A DNA stretch of 27,598 bases from Ginkgo biloba (Eukaryota > Plantae > Ginkgophyta): contig JANKJI020000002.1 in the NCBI GenBank assembly GCA_024626585.2, forward strand, positions 204,411,540-204,439,137, in the 5' to 3' direction. Below are positions 22,246 to 27,598 of the stretch, piece by piece. Every line of letters starts with the position of its first letter. Position 1 is the stretch's first letter. The translations under genes were made by a program, and so were the position numbers. Under the pieces are notes generated by a model. That model was given only the letters and a program-made list of their open reading frames with translations, was not told the DNA's origin and made no database searches.

Positions 22246-22838
22246 TGTTATCTCATATATGGCAAGAACACTAGAAATTACCCTCTAAAATATTAGAAAT
22301 ATAGTAGAATTCTAGATCTAATTTTACATTTGAAATTATTGTTTATTCAATAAATAAGCATAGTATAATCTCCAAATAACTCAGGTAATATATGTCACTA
22401 TTCAAGCACATAATTCATGATTATAAACACTTCATAAATGCTATAAATAATTGACAAAATAGTCATAAAATAATCTAATATTACTTGCTCAAAATATAAC
22501 TTACATACTTAGTTGACATCATTTATTAATGCTACAATCATAGCATTAATTATAAGATTACATAAACATTTATTACAACTGTACATAGGCATTAATTGCT
22601 TCTAAATTTTGGCAGCATAATAGTCCCTCAAAACTACCTATAATACAAAAACTTAAGCACACATTCCAATGCCCAAAACTACAATAACTGAAGAGGGAGA
22701 GAGAGAGGGAGGGCGTATTACTTTATAGGGAAGATTAGACCCTATTGCTAGAAAAATTCAGATTTAGAGTTGTATTTAACTTGGCCTCTTTAATTCCTTA
22801 ATTAGCACAAATTCCAAGGGAATATTCTAGGTGTCACA
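22246..22838 (-). mobile_element. 5' LTR (~593 bp) of a truncated minus-strand LTR retrotransposon
   Basis: Minus strand begins TGTGACACC and ends GAGATAACA. CCCTATAAA at 22730-22722 is followed by a CT-rich tract, and the PBS is immediately adjacent. Confidence 0.75.
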
Positions 22839-23512
22839 CTTTTATATTTTGGCATGTGCTAAATGAGGTAAAAGTATAATGATATCCTTAGGGCGTACAA
22901 CACACTTTTTAGAATAGGACAAACCCCTATTTTTAGATTACATCAAATATGGAAAGTACATGCATTTACTGACACATGCTAAAAATAGACATAACTAATT
23001 CTTGCTTGTATGCCTAACAATCTCCTTGGGATGAGCACCCTCTTTTTAATGCACTTATTCAATCCTCTCCAACCAATCACTTTTATTTCACGTCCAAAAA
23101 GAACACTTGCACACATATGCATGCATGCATCCCCAAATATGCATGTAACCACTAAAACTGAGCATGCATGCAAACCCTATAACCTGCCACAAAAGAAACT
23201 TTCCCAAAATAGTAATATTCTAAAAAATTGTAAGTATAAAAAAATAGAAACTTTTTTAAAATAGAAACTCACTCCAAAAATACAAAAATTCCTACAAAAG
23301 CAAAAATTGACAAAAATTGAAACTTGGGCATAATGAGGCTTGATGACCAATTTTTAACAGAGTGGATGAAGGGTCAAATATGCATACATTGAGTTTTTAA
23401 ATCCTAAGGCATTGATGGAATTAGAGTATTTATGCATCATAAGAGAAAAGAAAAGCTATATATAAGATGATGTTTTAGGAAAGGCGTCGTGCCATAAATT
23501 TGAGAGGGTAAT

Positions 23513-23545
23513 GATACACACAAACATATGTGTGTGTCTCTCTCT

Positions 23546-23579
<34 letters not shown>

Positions 23580-23805
23580 GTATGTGTGTGTCTATACATA
23601 CACATACATGTATGTGTGTGTTTCTATATACACACACATATGTATGTATGTGTGTGTGTCTATACACACACACATACACATATGTATGTACATATATACA
23701 TATACATATATGTATATGTGTATACATATACATATACATATATACACACACATGCATACATACATATACACACACATACATACATACATATACACACATA
23801 AACAC
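23513..23805. repeat. Compound (CA)n/(TA)n/(TG)n microsatellite
   Basis: Alternating purine-pyrimidine tract with a repeated ~30-bp higher-order unit (CATGTATGTGTGTGTCTATACA...), ending in a gap. Confidence 0.95.
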
Positions 23806-24099
23806 NNNNNNNNNNNNNNNNNNNNNNNNNNNNNNNNNNNNNNNNNNNNNNNNNNNNNNNNNNNNNNNNNNNNNNNNNNNNNNNNNNNNNNNNNNNNNNN
23901 NNNNNNNNNNNNNNNNNNNNNNNNNNNNNNNNNNNNNNNNNNNNNNNNNNNNNNNNNNNNNNNNNNNNNNNNNNNNNNNNNNNNNNNNNNNNNNNNNNNN
24001 NNNNNNNNNNNNNNNNNNNNNNNNNNNNNNNNNNNNNNNNNNNNNNNNNNNNNNNNNNNNNNNNNNNNNNNNNNNNNNNNNNNNNNNNNNNNNNNNNNN

Positions 24100-25349
24100 T
24101 AGGATCCTTTACAATTGGTCTCCCTAATGTCGTTGGTGCACTCTCTTTATCTCATCAGCGTTAATCTCACTGACAACTCGTAGGAATAAAAATACATAAA
24201 TAAAATCAAATATTTTCAACACAAGAATATCAACAAATTATTCCATTCGTGAACAATAACGTGACATGCAATTTTTTAACTAGAGAAACCCTCCGAACGA
24301 ATAAAACTCTAGATTCATTAGCAAACAATAATTTTATCAATTACATTAGCCCCCATAACTCTTCCTCATTATTGGAGGGCCAATATAAACATTCTCAAAT
24401 GATTTCACTGATTGAGCCACTATCCTTTCTCCTTGCGTTGCCTCCCTTAGCGTGTATGCTCGACAATCCTCTGCTATTGTGGCTCTGACAAAATATTCAA
24501 TGCCTCCACTTCTTAAATCACTAGATGCAATCTCACATTGCCCCTCTAAATTGCCACTCAATCTCTGTTGTCTTTCTTTGGATCACTCACCTGAGCTCTT
24601 CAAGTGTGCAATCCCTCTCACAATTCAACTAGCCAACCTCCTCAACGCCTATAGCAACCAACCCTCTCTTTTTTTGCACCCTAGCTTTTATAGATGAGAT
24701 TCAACGTCCCCAAATGGCTAGGGATCAATCTCTCCTTTGACTGGATTAGGTGAGCTACCCATGTTGTAATATATATTAATCATGAATGCTCTGTAATGAC
24801 CTTCTTGGACTTCATCATCCTTTGCAATGTCTCTCTCAACGCTGTAACATTAAATTCACCTTCATGCTTCTAATGCTCTTCCGTGTGCCTTTCTGAAGTG
24901 CATGCATTTGAATTTAAATAAATAAGCCATACTTATTTATTTTCTCTTATTTCATTGTTGAGGGTCTTTTCTCATGTCAACCTTTGACATCAAACCTCCG
25001 ACATAACTCTTTTTGCTCATTATTCAAAATATCCCTTTTCATTTTAATCGAGAACCTTTAAGTTCTAAAATCATGTCGGTGTCGACCTCTACCCATCTAA
25101 TGTTGTTAATTTCACTTGTCTCATATCGGTCTCCCATTTTTATTCATCAAGTGATACCGATCCTGTTTGACTCATGTCTGTCTATTGAATCCCATCACCG
25201 ATGATGTTGGTTCACCTTGACCCTCGTCAATGATGTTGGCCACCCTTCTATCATTGTTGGGATCTCTTGGTGATGTTGGTCAGCACCTAATATCCCTGAT
25301 GATGTCAACAATCCTTAGCGATGTTATGATCATTTATTATTTGAAAGCA
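24100..25349 (-). mobile_element. Probable 3' LTR (~1.25 kb) preceded by a polypurine tract
   Basis: On the minus strand: AGAAAGTGGGGGG (25362-25350) then TG; CCAACATCATC-type repeats in the U3-like part; CTATAAAAG at 24693-24685; a GGGTTTCTCTAGTTAAAAAAT U5-like motif at ~24290; ends ...GGATCCTA at the gap. Confidence 0.5.
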
Positions 25350-25689
25350 CCCCCCACTTTCTAATGTGCATTCGTTCTAATTACTATCCTTTGACGATGT
25401 TGGTTGCTCCATGCCCCACCAATAACGTCAGTTTGTAATGCCATCCCCAAAGATGTCAGCTTGCTCCTTTGTTANNNNNNNNNNNNNNNNNNNNNNNNNN
25501 NNNNNNNNNNNNNNNNNNNNNNNNNNNNNNNNNNNNNNNNNNNNNNNNNNNNNNNNNNNNNNNNNNNNNNNNNNGCTTGGATACCTCTTATTCAGAGATG
25601 GTCTTCTTGCTAGCATTTTGGCATACTTCTCCTTGACTTATTGAGGTTGTTGTTGGTCATACTTCTAGAAGGACCTTCCTACTAGGGTT

Positions 25690-26300
25690 TTGTCCATGGA
25701 ATCAAGGGGCGAATACTTTAGCATTACTAAAGAAATAAAAAAGTTTGACATTTGAAAAGGCATACCTTTCTGTAAATCATTCTAAATGGAATCATGTAAC
25801 TATTTTTTGAAAAACTTATCCCAAGGGAATTGAATGCCCTAGTTAGCCATAATTTTTATCATTTAGAACAAACTCTTAGGTATGTTAGTGGTTCTTCTTG
25901 AGTTGTAGAACCATGTGATGAAGAGCTTCACAATCCATCTTCTTGCCGATTCGATAATTTTATTAATGACAATCCCTTTAGAACTCACTATGAACCTATC
26001 AGTATCACCAAGTTCTACCCTGATGTCATCATCCCATGCTTTCTTTTTCACTCCCATTACACTTTTGATATCTCTCTGTGATTTTGAGGGAAGTCCTGTT
26101 AAAATATCTATCTGATCCATGCCAAGGAGGAGAGTGTCATCAATCAATACTTGCTTATTATGGTACCTCTCTGGTAAAAATATTATGAACTTAGACTATT
26201 CTCCATAGCAAGGGTTTTCTGTAATTTATAGCATCTCTGATTTTTCTAGGTTTTATACCTTCAAGGTGATCTGAACTACTACATCAATTGATTCTATCTT
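25690..26300 (-). pseudogene. Decayed retrotransposon extra ORF, plant-mobile-domain-like
   Basis: LGMDQIDILTGLPSKSQ...GIVINKIIESARRWIVKLFITWFYNSRRTTNIPKSLF*MIKIMAN*GIQFPWDKF...GMPFQMSNF. The (I/L)TGLP...G..F.W...F.MS pattern is recalled from accessory ORFs of plant Gypsy elements. Confidence 0.45.
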
Positions 26301-26699
26301 GTCATTAGACCATCCTCCATATGCCCATATGTAAAATTATGTTAATGTCACTTTATCCCACTCTTAAGAATCAAACTTGGTTCTATGGAGGAATTCTCTA
26401 CAGTTATCTCCCACTTTGAAATACTCATCATGCTTTACTAAGGGATACATCTCAGTGTGCTTTCTCCATATTTTTCTAATTTTCTTTGTATCTCCCTCTA
26501 GTTCTTGAATGAGATTTTGCTGTATATCTTCTATCGCATATTTTAGTATCTACTCTGTCAATTGCTTGTCTTATTGTTTGTTGGCCTCTTGAAATAATAA
26601 GTTCACTCTCCAAATAGTTTCTTCAAATTGTTAATCAAACTCATCATTAGTATATAGTTGGTCAAGGTCAAATTCATACTTTACCATCTAACAATTCCT

Positions 26700-27430
26700 T
26701 TCCTTTAGTTAAGGTTGAGAGAAGGAATCCCATAAGAGTTCTCTCGCCTTGAGCCATGTCCATTCCAAAGATACTACTTCTCCTATAATTACAACTCTAT
26801 TTTTATAAATCCATACTACTTACTAAATAAATCTAGGGAGATTCTTCCATATTAGTTTGTAGATGGTTTTCCTTTAAGATCAAAAAAATATGTTGAATCC
26901 CAATTCAAGATGACCTCCACAACCTCATTGAGAGAATATAATATGTTAGGGTCTATTTGAATCTCATAAGAAGATGTCAACCATACTTCTCTCATGAATT
27001 CATAATGAAGGAAAATATGGTCAACCGGCTCCTCTTCCTTACGATAAAGCATGTAGATTGATGGTTAAAAAAAAAAAATTCCTTGTCAAGTTATTAACTT
27101 AGGTTAGTAATTTTTTATATAATAGTAACTAAAAAAAATAAGCTCCATTAGAATTCATTGCACATAACCAAATTAATTTCCATACCTTATTCATTGCATT
27201 AGATTTGGCTAATTCATGCTATTATAATTCATCTCCCCATTTCACCTTGTATTGTTCTATTCTACAACTAAATTTCCAGACGAGTATATCTTTTTTCCCT
27301 CACATTGGTATATAAACTTCTTGAAATTTATTAACTAGTTTATTATATGTTTTTTTAATACCATCCAAGAGGAATGTCCAATGCGAAACCTATTTCCATC
27401 ACCATTTATTATAGTCATTCGTATGATTAC
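26700..27430 (-). mobile_element. L1-clade LINE ORF2 3' remnant (zf-RVT region)
   Basis: Minus strand: GDGNRF, KDILVWK..YKVKWG, VWKLIW, KKLLT..NL, then YMLYRKEEEPVDHIFLHYEFMREVW (C.LC..EE.VDHIF..C with all three Cys positions reading Tyr), followed by PRFI..VWIYKNR. Confidence 0.85.
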
Positions 27431-27598
27431 TTTTTATAAAATCAACCATCATTTTGGCATTGTGTTGCATTAAGGTGTGTCTGAGTTTCAATATTTTGAC
27501 TCATATGAGAGGATCGACCCTCTCTACTATAGTCCCATAAATGCACACTAACATCCCTTCCTATTGCCCAATTTTACTTTTGAATATTTACTCATATA

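Noticed and set aside
23437-24127. His/Thr- and Val/Cys/Tyr-rich ORFs
   Set aside because: Translations of a CA/TA microsatellite plus N gap.

Overview
AT-rich, gap-riddled land-plant genomic DNA, mostly decayed transposable elements. The only host-gene sequence is a 5-exon, 3'-truncated fatty acyl-CoA reductase pseudogene (FAR, MS2/FAR2-like; + strand, ~3900-5139). It carries in-frame stops, a 1-nt frameshift and two destroyed splice acceptors, and it lacks the catalytic C-terminal half. Around it lie: a minus-strand Ty3/Gypsy gag remnant; a plus-strand chromovirus-like gag-PR-RT remnant; two L1 LINE 3' remnants (zf-RVT/RNase H); an RTE/RTEX-like RT fragment with an internal 44-bp tandem duplication; a minus-strand LTR with a tRNA-Met PBS; a probable PPT + 3' LTR with an extra PMD-like ORF; two related Helitron-like elements carrying purine-rich GAATG-type arrays; and a CA/TA microsatellite. 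No intact gene, RNA gene or convincing novel multi-gene system is visible. All family assignments come from motif recognition by eye, not database searches.
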